From an uncultured virus (IMG/VR IMGVR_UViG_3300024270_002235) (taxonomy: Duplodnaviria; Heunggongvirae; Uroviricota; Caudoviricetes): DNA of 64,000 bases. Below are positions 1-10,343 of the stretch, piece after piece. The number at the start of each line of letters is the position of its first letter. The first letter of the stretch is position 1. Made by a program: the position numbers and the translations under genes. The notes under the pieces were generated by a model that had not been told where the DNA came from, did no database searches, and saw only the letters and a program-made list of their open reading frames with translations. The stretch lies in the IMG/VR virus record IMGVR_UViG_3300024270_002235. The stretch is one strand, 5' to 3'.

Positions 1-1
1 A

Positions 2-133
2 TATAAAAAAATCCTTGGTCAATATAAAAAAGGAGAAGTTGTTACAGTTAAATATTGTCTTAACAATTGGTTTGGTGTTATATATAAAGGAAAACAAGCA
101 TTTATTTGTGGTGATTATATAAAATTAAAATAA
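2..133 (+). CDS. 3' end of a cell-wall hydrolase/endolysin (C-terminal SH3b-like domain), partial
   Basis: Frame 2 reads YKKILGQYKKGEVVTVKYCLNNWFGVIYKGKQAFICGDYIKLK*, matching the bacterial SH3 pattern (ILG..KG..V.V....NW..I.Y.GK..FI..DY). Confidence 0.7.
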   Translation, partial: YKKILGQYKKGEVVTVKYCLNNWFGVIYKGKQAFICGDYIKLK

Positions 134-136
134 TAT

Positions 137-148
137 AACAATATGGTA
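137..148 (+). promoter_or_regulatory. late-type promoter AACA-N6-TA
   Basis: AACA atatgg TA; not followed by a plus-strand ORF before the next terminator. Confidence 0.55.
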
Positions 149-268
149 AGTTGTTATTGTTGTTTAACATATATATCATCTCTCCTCGAATTGACGAGGA
201 CGGACAATACCATGGTTTGATTGGAGTATACTTCGTTTAAGTACGGGGTATACTCCAATCTTTATATT
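148..268 (+). ncRNA. candidate antisense sRNA (anti-RBS tract + hairpin + terminator)
   Basis: Promoter motif, then ...aacatatatatcatctctcct (reverse complement of SD+ATG), hairpin tcctcg/cgagga (183-200) and terminator stem. Confidence 0.5.
219..268 (+). terminator. intrinsic terminator
   Basis: 18-bp stem gattggagtatacttcgt/acggggtatactccaatc (2 G-U) followed by a T-rich tail. Confidence 0.75.
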
Positions 269-278
269 TATTAGGAGA

Positions 279-290
279 AACAATTTTGTA
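279..290 (+). promoter_or_regulatory. late-type promoter AACA-N6-TA
   Basis: AACA attttg TA upstream of the giant structural gene. Confidence 0.65.
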
Positions 291-333
291 ATGAATAAAT
301 ATAATTTATTTTTAGAAGGAGTTGAAAATAAAA

Positions 334-2940
334 ATGGCTGAAGAAAATAACAGAAAAAATAAACTTATTTCTGATAAACAGAATACATATTTTACAGAAA
401 ATAGAATTATGAAGGGTTCAGCTATTCCAACTGAGGGTACATATTTAACTGGTGATATGATTATTAATACGAATCCAGTTACATCTATAGACGAACCTAT
501 GTGGATTTGTAATCAAGGTGGTACACCTGGTGTATGGGGACCAGTAAGTAATACATCTACAACAATAGTTCCTAATTTTGCTAATATGAAAATAAGCAAA
601 GCTACTGTAGGTGGATTATTCTACGTAATAGCTGACGAATCCGATGCTGACGATGGTGGAGCTAAACCAGGATTTTATATAATAACTTCCGTTAAAGAAA
701 ATGAAAATGGTGTAAAAGTTCCAGCAACTTGGGATAAAATAAATAAAAAAGAAAATACAATACCTAAGTTATCATACGATCCTAGTATGCCTGAAGGTAC
801 TAAGATGTATTTAAATGATGATCAAGAATTGATTATAAAATTTAACTTCACAGCTAATACATTCGGTGATGGTAAATATCGTGTATATATCAATGGGTCA
901 TTAGCTAAATCATGGAGTGGTGCTAAAGGTAACGTTATAGTTAATTTAGGAAAAATAACATCAGATGGTACATATGAGATAACTGTTACTGCAACAGACT
1001 ATTTAACAGTTCCTGCTCCAGAAACATTAAGTTATAAAGTTATAGTTGGGGGATTGAAATTAACAAGTACATTTGAACAAACATTATTAACTGCTATATA
1101 TGAAGAAGGGGATATAATAGAATTCCCTTACATGGCTAGTTTAGCAGATGCTAGTCAAAGTATGAAAATGAGAATTAAATTAGTTAATAATGGAACGGGT
1201 GAAACTGTATATGATGATAGTTTTGCTTTAGAAGGGACATTCTTATCTACTATATGGAAATCACCTGTAATAAATAAAGCAGGTTTATATACTATTACAG
1301 CACAAGCATATACTGGAAGTTCAGTATCCGATACAACTGAAGGTACATTTAAATCTCATGAATTATCATATGACATAAGAGTTCTTAAAGCTGGAGAGAT
1401 AGCTATATTAGATGAGTCTAAAGGTATACAATATGATACTAACATGTATATATCAATACCATTTAAAATAGTCAGTAGAATTGCAGACTATTTTGTAATG
1501 AAAGGTCAAATGTATAAAGACGTTAATGGACACTTAGAGTTAGTTGCAGAAACTAGTAATACTGGTATATCTGCAAAAGTTAATGTTACTAACTATTGGT
1601 CAGTTGGTAAATTAGAAGCTGGTACATATAAATATATTATTAAAGGTTATACTGTCGATGGTGGTGTTGAATCAGATCCTGTTGAAGTTATGATGGAAGT
1701 TGTTGAATCACTTTACCAAAAAGTTCCTTTTATCGATAACGCAAACTTAATAGCTTACTTTGACGCTAATACTAAAGGGAACAATGACGGTAGTCCTAAT
1801 ATTTGGGGTAACTCATCTAGACACACAGGTGATAAATACAGAATATTATTACATGGACTAAATTACAGTTCAAATGGATGGAAACATGTAGATGAATCAA
1901 TACCTGATAGTGAAGATGGGGAAATGATGCTTAAATTCACTGGTGAATCATATGGTGAACTTGTTGAAATGGTTAATGGTGAAGCTAAACCTTATAGCCC
2001 ATTCTCAATATTTAAAATGGGTGGACAAAAAGGTATAACAATAGAAACTGCTATACGTACTAGAAATATAGGGGAATTGAATGCACGTGTAATGACATGT
2101 ACAAAATTCAATAATAATATGGAAAACCCATTAAATGAACCAGGAATTAATATAACATATGGTACTATGGCTATAGCGTCAAATGCTCAAGTAAATAGTC
2201 TTGGATTTATGGAAGATGAATGGGTTCATATAACACTTGTAGTAGATAAAGACATAAGAACATTTGAAAAAGTTGGTCAAAATATGATAGAAGACGTTAA
2301 CCCTACATATACACTACGTGTATATATAAATGGTGTTATGTGTTCATGTACTACTATAAATGAAGATGAAAGTAAAGAAAACTTCTTAGACGGTGCTAAA
2401 GAAGCTTATCCTTTAGTACTTAATGCATGTAGAATGATAGATGCTGCAGGAAATGTTTCATTTACTAATTTCGGTGAATGTGAAATAAAATTCATACGTA
2501 TTTACAATAGTTTCTTAAAATCATCAGAAGTTTTACAAAACTATGTATCACATATATACGATTCAGAAGAACAACAACTTGAAAACGATAAGAATAATAC
2601 AGACTTAGCTACATTACCTACTATAGTATTTAAAAGAAAAATAGGTGATGGATATGAAAACAATGCAACATTTGCAACATTACATTCAATCAAGGATAAA
2701 AAACAATCTAAATCAACATTCGTTGATTGTGTAATGGAGTATAACGATGGTGCTGGTAACATAATAGTTTATGATAACATGGATGTATATTTACAAGGTA
2801 CATCATCACTACAATACCCTGTTAAAAACTATAAGATTAAAGCTTGGGTGGATGAAGGAAAAACATCTAAATTAAAATTCGTTCCTCCAGGTATGGAAGA
2901 CGACTGGGTTAAAGATAGTACATATACATTAAAGTGTGAT
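334..2940 (+). CDS. exon 1 of a spliced ~2554-aa virion-type protein (Ig-like/LamG domains, start of CotH-like kinase domain)
   Basis: SD aaggag 316-321 then ATG 334; LamG-like (LIAYFDA...EWVHITLV...VYING...IKFIRIYN); CotH-like QGTSSLQYPVKNYKI...YTLKCD; ends in U at the 5' splice site. Confidence 0.8.
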
Positions 2941-3900
2941 TAAGTATAGTCTCACTATAAAAACCTTTTCTGATATACGGCGAAACTCCTGAGAAGGACA
3001 ACGCCTTGGAAGTTATTTAAACGTTTTAAAATGAAGGTGATAAATATGGATAATAGATTTTACATTTATGCTTATGTAAGATTAGACAAAAATAATTATT
3101 TTTATATAGGTAAAGGTACTGGTAATAGATGTTATGAACATCATACAGGTAGGAATAAACATTTTAAAAACATAATAAATAGTATAGACTATAAAATTGA
3201 AATATTATATGATAATTTAACTGAAAATGAAGCTCTTGAATTAGAAGTTAAGACTATTCATGATTTAGTGTTTAATGAAGGTTATAGTATTGAAATAAAT
3301 GGTTATAACACTAAAAATGAAAATCATCTTGTAAATCAAACATGGGGTGGTGAAGGTGTGAGTGGTTACACACATACCGAAGAAGAACGTAAAAAATGTT
3401 CGTTATTTGGTGAGAAAAACGGTATGTACGGTAAAAAAGGTGAGTTATCACCACATTATGGAAAAACATATACTGAAGAGCATAAAGAAAAAATACGTCT
3501 AGCTAGCCCTAATAGAAATGAAGTTTATTGTGTAGAGTTGAATAGAACTTTTAATTCATATAGAGAAGCTGAAAAAATATTACTAGAAGAATATAATATA
3601 AATTGTTCACATGCATCAATATCTGCAGTTTGTAGAGGAAAACGAAAACATGCGGGTAGAAATATAATAACAGGTGAACTTTTATATCTACATTTTGAAA
3701 ATAAAAACGTTTAAATTACACCAACAACGACTGAGCGAAAAGGCATTTATGATTAATGATGCAACAGTCTGATCTCTAGATATAATCTAACAATGAAACT
3801 AGAGAGGAATGGGCGGTCTGAAATAACGACCTAAAGAAGATCCATTCCCGCCATATTAATATATGGTCAGTAATTTATGAATAATGAAAGTAACAGAATG
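2941..3900 (+). mobile_element. group I intron 1
   Basis: P1 agtgtgat/gtctcact with U2940.G2949 wobble; P3 ccttttc/gaaaagg; P7 gactg/cagtc; terminal G3900; splicing restores K-C-D|Y-M-E in frame. Confidence 0.9.
3046..3714 (+). CDS. intron-encoded GIY-YIG homing endonuclease with NUMOD3-like DNA-binding tail
   Basis: FYIYAY...YFYIGKG...R, conserved E and N-x-x-x-GG, then HTEEE/NGMYGK/HYGKTYTEEHKEKI motifs; SD aaggtga favours ATG 3046. Confidence 0.85.
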   Translation: MDNRFYIYAYVRLDKNNYFYIGKGTGNRCYEHHTGRNKHFKNIINSIDYKIEILYDNLTENEALELEVKTIHDLVFNEGYSIEINGYNTKNENHLVNQTWGGEGVSGYTHTEEERKKCSLFGEKNGMYGKKGELSPHYGKTYTEEHKEKIRLASPNRNEVYCVELNRTFNSYREAEKILLEEYNINCSHASISAVCRGKRKHAGRNIITGELLYLHFENKNV

Positions 3901-4647
3901 TACATGGAACAATCACACAAAAACAATACGCCTACTGCAAGATTCTATAATCAAGTTATAGATGCTTTAGGAGGAATGTCACCTGCTAAGAGAGATGGTT
4001 ATCATGATGCTATAGACGGTTTCCCTTGTATAGTTTACTATAATGAAGGTGGAGTAGATGCTGATGGTAAACCAGCTGAAAATATATTAGTAGGTTCATT
4101 TATGTTTAATATAGATAAAGAGGGTAAAGAATTAGGATTCGAATGTGATTTATATGATGAAATCGGTGATTTAATCGGTAATGGTAAAAATAGTTGTATT
4201 TCATATGAAGCAACTGCCAATGCAAGTGACACAGCTGGATGTTTCTATAAATTATCTGAATCTATAGTAAACGTTTATAATTATTATTTAGAAGACTCTT
4301 ATAAAGAATATTTAGAAAAATATGGTCTTACTTCTGAAAAATGTACTATGGATCAATTTAAAGCAGGAATAAATGATGGAACTATAGAAGAATATATGAC
4401 ATTCGAAGAATTCTCTGCTGACTATAGTGAAACTGATTATATAATGTCAGACTTTGAAGCTAGATATAGTTATTGTGAAGATGACGAAGAAGCTACTTAT
4501 AAACCAATGATTGAATTAGTTAACTGGGTAAGTAACTCAATAGATAATGGTACATTTAAGGACGACTTAGAAAAACATCTTGATTTAACATACATGATAG
4601 CTTATTATCTACAAATGCACGTATTTACACAAGTAGATAACTGTGGT
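3901..4647 (+). CDS. exon 2 of the spliced CotH-like kinase protein
   Basis: YMEQSHKNN...AIDGFP...G.FMFNIDK...FEARY...QVDNCG; in frame with exons 1 and 3. Confidence 0.85.
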
Positions 4648-4734
4648 AAAGTTTATGCCTCAGTATAAAAACTTACTCTGATATACGGCGAAACTCCTGA
4701 GAAGGACAACGCCTTGGAAGATTATAATTGATAA

Positions 4735-4746
4735 AACAATTCTCTA
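4735..4746 (+). promoter_or_regulatory. late-type promoter inside intron 2 ahead of the endonuclease
   Basis: AACA attctc TA, 25 nt before ATG 4772. Confidence 0.5.
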
Positions 4747-4771
4747 TTATTAAACTAATGGAGTGATGTGA

Positions 4772-5473
4772 ATGGAAAAATGTTATTACGTATATCAATA
4801 CATTCGTTTAGATAACGGAAGTATATTTTATATAGGTAAAGGTAAAAATAATAGATATCTTAGATTGGATAGTAGAAATGATCATTTTATGAATATAATA
4901 AATTCTGTTGATTGTGTAGTTGAGATAATATATAATAATTTAACTGAGCGTGAGGCGTTGGAACTAGAAATGCAAACTATACATGATTTGGTATTTAATG
5001 AAGGTTATAGTATAGATATTCATGGTTTCAATGATAAAAGTAATGATAATTATTTGACTAATTGCACATGGGGTGGTGAAGGAACTAGTGGATTTTCTAT
5101 GAAACAATCACAAGAAACTATTGAGAAGAGAAGACTAAAGAACATTGGAAAGAAAAGAACTCCTGAACAAAAAGCACGAATGAAAGAAGCTTGTAGAAAT
5201 CGTAAGGAACCTAATAGAAGCAAAGAATCTATAGAAATACAATATTCTAAAAGTAGTTATACACAAGGTACACATGTACGTTGTATTGAACTTGATAGGG
5301 TATTTCCAAGTAAACGAAAAGCTTTAGAGTGTATGAAAGAGGAGTTTGGTATAGAATTTAATAAAAAAACCTTTACAAAGCATCTCAATCATGAATTGAT
5401 AAAAGGTCATGATTGGTATGGAGAAATATTGATAAATGGAGAATTGGTACAATTGCATTGGGAAATGATATGA
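4772..5473 (+). CDS. intron-encoded GIY-YIG homing endonuclease
   Basis: YYVYQY...IFYIGKG...R; N-terminal half closely similar to 3046..3714 (TIHDLVFNEGYSI, TWGGEG). Confidence 0.85.
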   Translation: MEKCYYVYQYIRLDNGSIFYIGKGKNNRYLRLDSRNDHFMNIINSVDCVVEIIYNNLTEREALELEMQTIHDLVFNEGYSIDIHGFNDKSNDNYLTNCTWGGEGTSGFSMKQSQETIEKRRLKNIGKKRTPEQKARMKEACRNRKEPNRSKESIEIQYSKSSYTQGTHVRCIELDRVFPSKRKALECMKEEFGIEFNKKTFTKHLNHELIKGHDWYGEILINGELVQLHWEMI

Positions 5474-5664
5474 TTATAATCACCAACAACGACTGAGCGA
5501 GTAAGGCTTGAACTTTCAAGTATGCAACAGTCTGATCTCTAGATATAATCTAACAATGAAACTAGAGAGGAGAGGTCATCAGTAACCAGACTGATTTAAG
5601 AAGAACCTTTCCCGCCATATTAATATATGGTCAGTAATTTATGAATAATGAAAGTAACAGAATG

Positions 5665-8600
5665 AAAAATAGTATGTGGGATACATGGGATGGAGTTAAA
5701 TTCTACCCTAGACCATACGATATGGATACACAAATGGGATTATCAAATACAGGTACTGAGATAATCCGTGTTGACTCAGAAATAATACCTTCATTATCTC
5801 CAACTTTATTGGATGGGGATAAAAACTTTATAGGATATAGTTATACAGATACTACAACAGATTTAAGATATATGAACTATAATACTAGAACTAGTAAATT
5901 ATGGAATGCATTCGGAACTGAATTTAAAGAAGAAATAAAAAAAGCATATACTACATTAAGAAATGCTAAAGTATATGACGTTGATAATATATTCAAAGCT
6001 ATTTCAGCTGACACTGATGACAAGATAGGAAAAATTTATTTCAATAAAGATGCTGCATCTAAATATTTATCTCAAACAACAGCATCCGACTCTACTTACT
6101 TACAAATGCTTCATGGTAATAGAGCACAAAAATATAAAAAATTCTTAAAAGAGAGATTAATATTCTTAGACACAGTATTTGGATACGAAGAATCAGCAGC
6201 ACAACCTGATACTTTAAATAGTTATATAGGATTACGTTCAGATGCTGCTTACGGACAAGGGGAAGGAACAACTTTACGTTGTTATGTTGGTGTAAGTGTT
6301 TATTCTCCACAGTATGTAACAATAACTATCGGTTCTGGAGCTGACGGTAAAGTTACTGGATATGTTGGACCTGAATCTAGATATAAAGACCCTGATACTG
6401 GAATAGAGTATGAAGGTGCATTATTCTCATTCCCTATAAAAGGTATAAATAAAGAGATGGGTATAACTGGAGCAGGCAATATTAAGCAAATTAATAGATT
6501 ACAAACACTTAACTTAACTGAAGCCAGAATAGAAAAAGCACTTAAATTACTTGAACTAGACGTTTCATATTCAAACCGTATGGAAGGTCTAAAAATAGGT
6601 AACAATAAATACTTAAGACATCTTAACTGTACTAACTCATACAGATTAGGTACAGCAACAGAATCACAAACTCTAGATTTATCGAACTGTGTTAACTTAA
6701 AAACAGTTGATTTATCTTACACTAAATTTACAGGGGTAATGTTCCCAACAGATACAGTTCTTAACTCTATAAACTTAACTAGTAGTAGTATTAAAAACGT
6801 ATCTATAGACGGTGCAGAATTCCTAGATGACATAAAAATAACAAACTGTGAAAATATTAATAAATTTGAACTTAATAGATGTAACAGAATAGCAGTTGTT
6901 GACGTTGCTAACTCAACAATACAAAACTTCATAGTAACTAACTGTGAAAATGTTACAGAAGTAAACTTATCTGGTTGTAAATCAATAGCTGGATTCGACG
7001 TTACTAACAGTTATAATATAGTAACATTAAATATGTCAGGAAATACAAGTCCTGTAATGAATGACCTTAAATTATACTCAATGTATAAATTAAATAAACT
7101 TATAATATCACAAACAGATACTGTTCATACATTAAGATTACCTAAATATTTAAATGAAGAAGAAGCATTCAAAGCTGTAAATGGTGATCCTAATGCTAAA
7201 TTATGGGATAATTTAACTTACTTAGATGCATCGACTTCAAGTATACGAAAAATACAATATGGATCAGCTGATGTCGACGATGTTGTATTAGACATGAGTC
7301 AATTGAAAAAACTTACTACACTTAAACTAAGTAACTGTACTTATTTTACAGAAATAAGAAATATCAATTATACTGGTCCTTTAGCATCATTATTCTATAA
7401 CTGTAGAGGTCTTACTAAGATAACAGGTGTATTAACTAACGGAAATACTAGTATAAATTCTATGTTCCAACAATGTTTCGTTTTATCAGACATAGATGGT
7501 TTATCTTTAAACTTTACTGGTGTAACTAGTGCTAATAGTACATGTGATAGATGTTTCCGTATGAAAACACCTATGCTTAAGAAAATACTATATGCATGTG
7601 GTGAATCATTAACTAGTGCGACAGGTATGTGTCATATGGCAGGTCTTGACGGTTATGAAACTATATTAGGTACTGCAGAAGATACTACTAGAACAATACC
7701 ATCGGATTTATTTGCTATGAATACTAAATTACAAAACGTTTCAGGATTCTTCGATATAACTGGATACACAACAGTTCCTGGAGATTTATTTGACCCATGC
7801 GGTGCAACACTAACTAACTGTAATAATACATTCGGTAGAATGAGAAATTTAACAACAGTAGGAGCAAGTTTATTACATAATAAACCTAATTTAACTACTG
7901 TATCTCAAATGTTTGCATCTGACGGAAGTCTTACTGATTATATAAATGAAAGTCCTGATATATTTATTGGAAGTTATAATATTACTTCAACAAAACAAAT
8001 GTTCAACAATTGTACTAACTTAGCAGTTTCTGAAGAACTTGGATTAGGAGAAATGATGAAACCGTTAACTTATTTAACTGATGCTAGTTTTATGTTCTTT
8101 GGTTGTTCTAATAACCTTAACTGTGAAATACCTGATGGATTCTTATCAACAAATACTAAACTTGTTAAGATAAATGGTATGTTCCAAAACTGTAGTAAAT
8201 TACCAAAATTACCAGCAAGTTTATTTAACAAATTAGGAGGTACTGCTAAATTCCCTAATTTAACAAAAGCTGTAGGTGTGTTTGGTAACTGTACATCAAT
8301 GGAAGGTATTGTTGAGTCAACTTTCTTCTTAGGAGCTGAAAACTTACTAAATATAGGTATGGACCATGAGGATAATACTTATATGGGAACTACTAGATAT
8401 ACATCTAGAGGTATATTTGAAGGAACTCAAATAACTGGTTATCATGAAACATTCTTAAACGTTGTTCCTAAAGTGCAAAATGTTTCAGGAATGTTTAGAA
8501 ACTGTACTTCTCTTAAAGATTGTCATTACTATAAAGGTTCACAAGTTGAAACTCGTAATAATGGTATAAGTGAAGACTTATTTATAGAAAATAAACTTTT

Positions 8601-9975
8601 ATCTGATACATATTACATGTTCGCTGGATGTAGTAGTATTGAAGGACATATTCCTAGAAATTTACTTGTAAATTCTAAATCGTTACTAAAGAACGTTTCA
8701 TATATGTTCCTTAACTGTTCATTATTAACAGGTGTAAATTTAGATGCTACTAGCGATAATGATGTGCAAACTGGTATATGTGCAGAATGGTTTAAAAATG
8801 GTATAGCGTTAACTAACGTGGCAGGATTTATGCAAGGTTGTAGTTTATACACAGGACAAATACCTGATGATATGTTAGAAGGCTGTGCTAGTTTACAAAG
8901 AACTGATAATCTATTTAACGGTTGTAAAAATATTGTAGGATCTATTCCTCTAGGATTATTTGATGCGTGTAGAAAAACTATCACTACTACAGCAAGTATG
9001 TTTGCAAGTTGTGAAGGATTAGATCAACCTATACCTGTTGGACAATATAACGAAGTTGAAGGTATAGTAGAATACGAACTTGTAGCTAAAGGAACTGAAG
9101 GAGCTATGCAAGTTGTTGAAGTAATGGAAGACCCATTCACACAAGTTGCTTATTCAGACGTTGTTACATTATCACCAAACTTAGCAACTATAATCAACGC
9201 AAGTGGTAATTATTACGTATTACCTAAGGTAGGACCAAAAACTGAAGTTGTCGTTCCAGGATTACTTGCAAACTGTATCCAATTAACTTCAATAGCAAGT
9301 ATGTTCTATGCATGTAAGAAAATAACTGGTGGTATACCACACGATTTATTATTTACAGAAAATAACAATATTAAATATACTAAATTACAAGATGTTTCAA
9401 GATTATTCTATGACTGTGAAAAAATTTCTGAACTTTATCATGAAACTGAGACTGGTATAGATTATATATGTAGTCCAATGTTATTTGATAAGTGTCCAGA
9501 ACTTGTTAACTGTTCATCAATATTCCGTGCAATGCCTGGTATACCAAGTACTGCGAATATACATCCACAAATGTTTAGTAAACAAAATAAAGTTACAAAT
9601 ATTTCTTGTTTATTCAGATGTACAAATGTTACTGGAGCAGTTTCTCCATTATTATTTGCTAACTCAATAAATACTATAACAAGTGCAGCTCAAATGTTTG
9701 CATTCTCAAAAGTTAGTAGTATAGGACCTAACTTCTTAAATGGTGGAGGTAGAAATACTAAGCTTAAAAATATTTATGGTATGTTCTACGGTTGTTCATC
9801 TCTTGAAGGTACTGCACCTGAATTCTGGAATGGTGCTAAATTCACCGCTATGGGTGGAGCAGACTCTAACGGATTCGCAGGAGCACTTAGAGGTTGTACT
9901 AAATTAACAAACTACGCTACTGCACAGGCAGCAAATACTGCATGGACTGCAGACCAACCAATATATGGAGAATAA
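5665..9975 (+). CDS. exon 3: end of CotH-like kinase domain + LRR + BspA-like repeats
   Basis: KNSMW...FYPRPYDMDT (CotH metal-binding motif), then LxxLDLS-type LRRs and MF..C..L repeats. Confidence 0.85.
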   Translation, partial: KNSMWDTWDGVKFYPRPYDMDTQMGLSNTGTEIIRVDSEIIPSLSPTLLDGDKNFIGYSYTDTTTDLRYMNYNTRTSKLWNAFGTEFKEEIKKAYTTLRNAKVYDVDNIFKAISADTDDKIGKIYFNKDAASKYLSQTTASDSTYLQMLHGNRAQKYKKFLKERLIFLDTVFGYEESAAQPDTLNSYIGLRSDAAYGQGEGTTLRCYVGVSVYSPQYVTITIGSGADGKVTGYVGPESRYKDPDTGIEYEGALFSFPIKGINKEMGITGAGNIKQINRLQTLNLTEARIEKALKLLELDVSYSNRMEGLKIGNNKYLRHLNCTNSYRLGTATESQTLDLSNCVNLKTVDLSYTKFTGVMFPTDTVLNSINLTSSSIKNVSIDGAEFLDDIKITNCENINKFELNRCNRIAVVDVANSTIQNFIVTNCENVTEVNLSGCKSIAGFDVTNSYNIVTLNMSGNTSPVMNDLKLYSMYKLNKLIISQTDTVHTLRLPKYLNEEEAFKAVNGDPNAKLWDNLTYLDASTSSIRKIQYGSADVDDVVLDMSQLKKLTTLKLSNCTYFTEIRNINYTGPLASLFYNCRGLTKITGVLTNGNTSINSMFQQCFVLSDIDGLSLNFTGVTSANSTCDRCFRMKTPMLKKILYACGESLTSATGMCHMAGLDGYETILGTAEDTTRTIPSDLFAMNTKLQNVSGFFDITGYTTVPGDLFDPCGATLTNCNNTFGRMRNLTTVGASLLHNKPNLTTVSQMFASDGSLTDYINESPDIFIGSYNITSTKQMFNNCTNLAVSEELGLGEMMKPLTYLTDASFMFFGCSNNLNCEIPDGFLSTNTKLVKINGMFQNCSKLPKLPASLFNKLGGTAKFPNLTKAVGVFGNCTSMEGIVESTFFLGAENLLNIGMDHEDNTYMGTTRYTSRGIFEGTQITGYHETFLNVVPKVQNVSGMFRNCTSLKDCHYYKGSQVETRNNGISEDLFIENKLLSDTYYMFAGCSSIEGHIPRNLLVNSKSLLKNVSYMFLNCSLLTGVNLDATSDNDVQTGICAEWFKNGIALTNVAGFMQGCSLYTGQIPDDMLEGCASLQRTDNLFNGCKNIVGSIPLGLFDACRKTITTTASMFASCEGLDQPIPVGQYNEVEGIVEYELVAKGTEGAMQVVEVMEDPFTQVAYSDVVTLSPNLATIINASGNYYVLPKVGPKTEVVVPGLLANCIQLTSIASMFYACKKITGGIPHDLLFTENNNIKYTKLQDVSRLFYDCEKISELYHETETGIDYICSPMLFDKCPELVNCSSIFRAMPGIPSTANIHPQMFSKQNKVTNISCLFRCTNVTGAVSPLLFANSINTITSAAQMFAFSKVSSIGPNFLNGGGRNTKLKNIYGMFYGCSSLEGTAPEFWNGAKFTAMGGADSNGFAGALRGCTKLTNYATAQAANTAWTADQPIYGE

Positions 9976-9983
9976 TATTTTTT

Positions 9984-10018
9984 AAAATACATAGAGGACT
10001 TTTTCCTCTATGTATTTT
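9984..10018 (+). terminator. intrinsic terminator
   Basis: aaaatacatagagga/tcctctatgtatttt inverted repeat. Confidence 0.75.
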
Positions 10019-10024
10019 ATCTTT

Positions 10025-10064
10025 GTAAAACATGAGAATTTCAATTATATATTATATCGTCGAA
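10025..10064 (+). promoter_or_regulatory. early-type promoter
   Basis: GTAAAA 10025, TCAATTATATATTAT 10041-10055, CGAA 10061. Confidence 0.75.
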
Positions 10065-10096
10065 TACAAGTAGTTAATTTAGAGGAGGTAATAAAT

Positions 10097-10330
10097 ATGA
10101 AAAAATCAACTTTATATTTAATAGCTGATATAGTGAATTCAGTAGAATCTTCTAATCAAAAATTATATGAATTATTAGATACAATGAATCTTTCACCAGA
10201 TGAAAGAGATAAAGTTTTAGAAAGTATATATGTCATAGTAGAAAAAATAGAACAGATAAAAAGATCTAATGTAAGTCAATTAGATAATCATATAGATGTA
10301 GATCAAATAGAAAAAATAAGTAGATTCTAA
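10097..10330 (+). CDS. hypothetical early protein (77 aa)
   Basis: SD gaggagg before ATG 10097; the track start at 10010 lies upstream of the promoter. Confidence 0.7.
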   Translation: MKKSTLYLIADIVNSVESSNQKLYELLDTMNLSPDERDKVLESIYVIVEKIEQIKRSNVSQLDNHIDVDQIEKISRF

Positions 10331-10343
10331 GGAGGGGTAAAAT

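Larger units (their letters stand above)
4648..5664 (+). mobile_element. group I intron 2 (sibling of intron 1)
   Basis: P1 actgtggt/gcctcagt with U4647.G4657 wobble; P3 cttactc/gagtaag covaries with intron 1; identical core and 3' blocks; terminal G5664; splicing restores D-N-C-G|K-N-S-M-W. Confidence 0.9.

Noticed and set aside
102..170. Minus-strand 22-aa ORF MLNNNNNLPY... with SD
   Set aside because: It overlaps the lysin gene antisense and has no minus-strand promoter motif; treated as an antisense tract, though not fully excluded
2941..2943. Stop-codon reassignment or readthrough as the cause of the fragmented giant gene
   Set aside because: TAA, TAG and TGA all end normal genes here; introns fully explain the breaks
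3877..3900. Identical N-terminus MNNESNRM on track ORFs 3877 and 5641
   Set aside because: These are the identical 3' ends of the two introns read in frame; no SD precedes them
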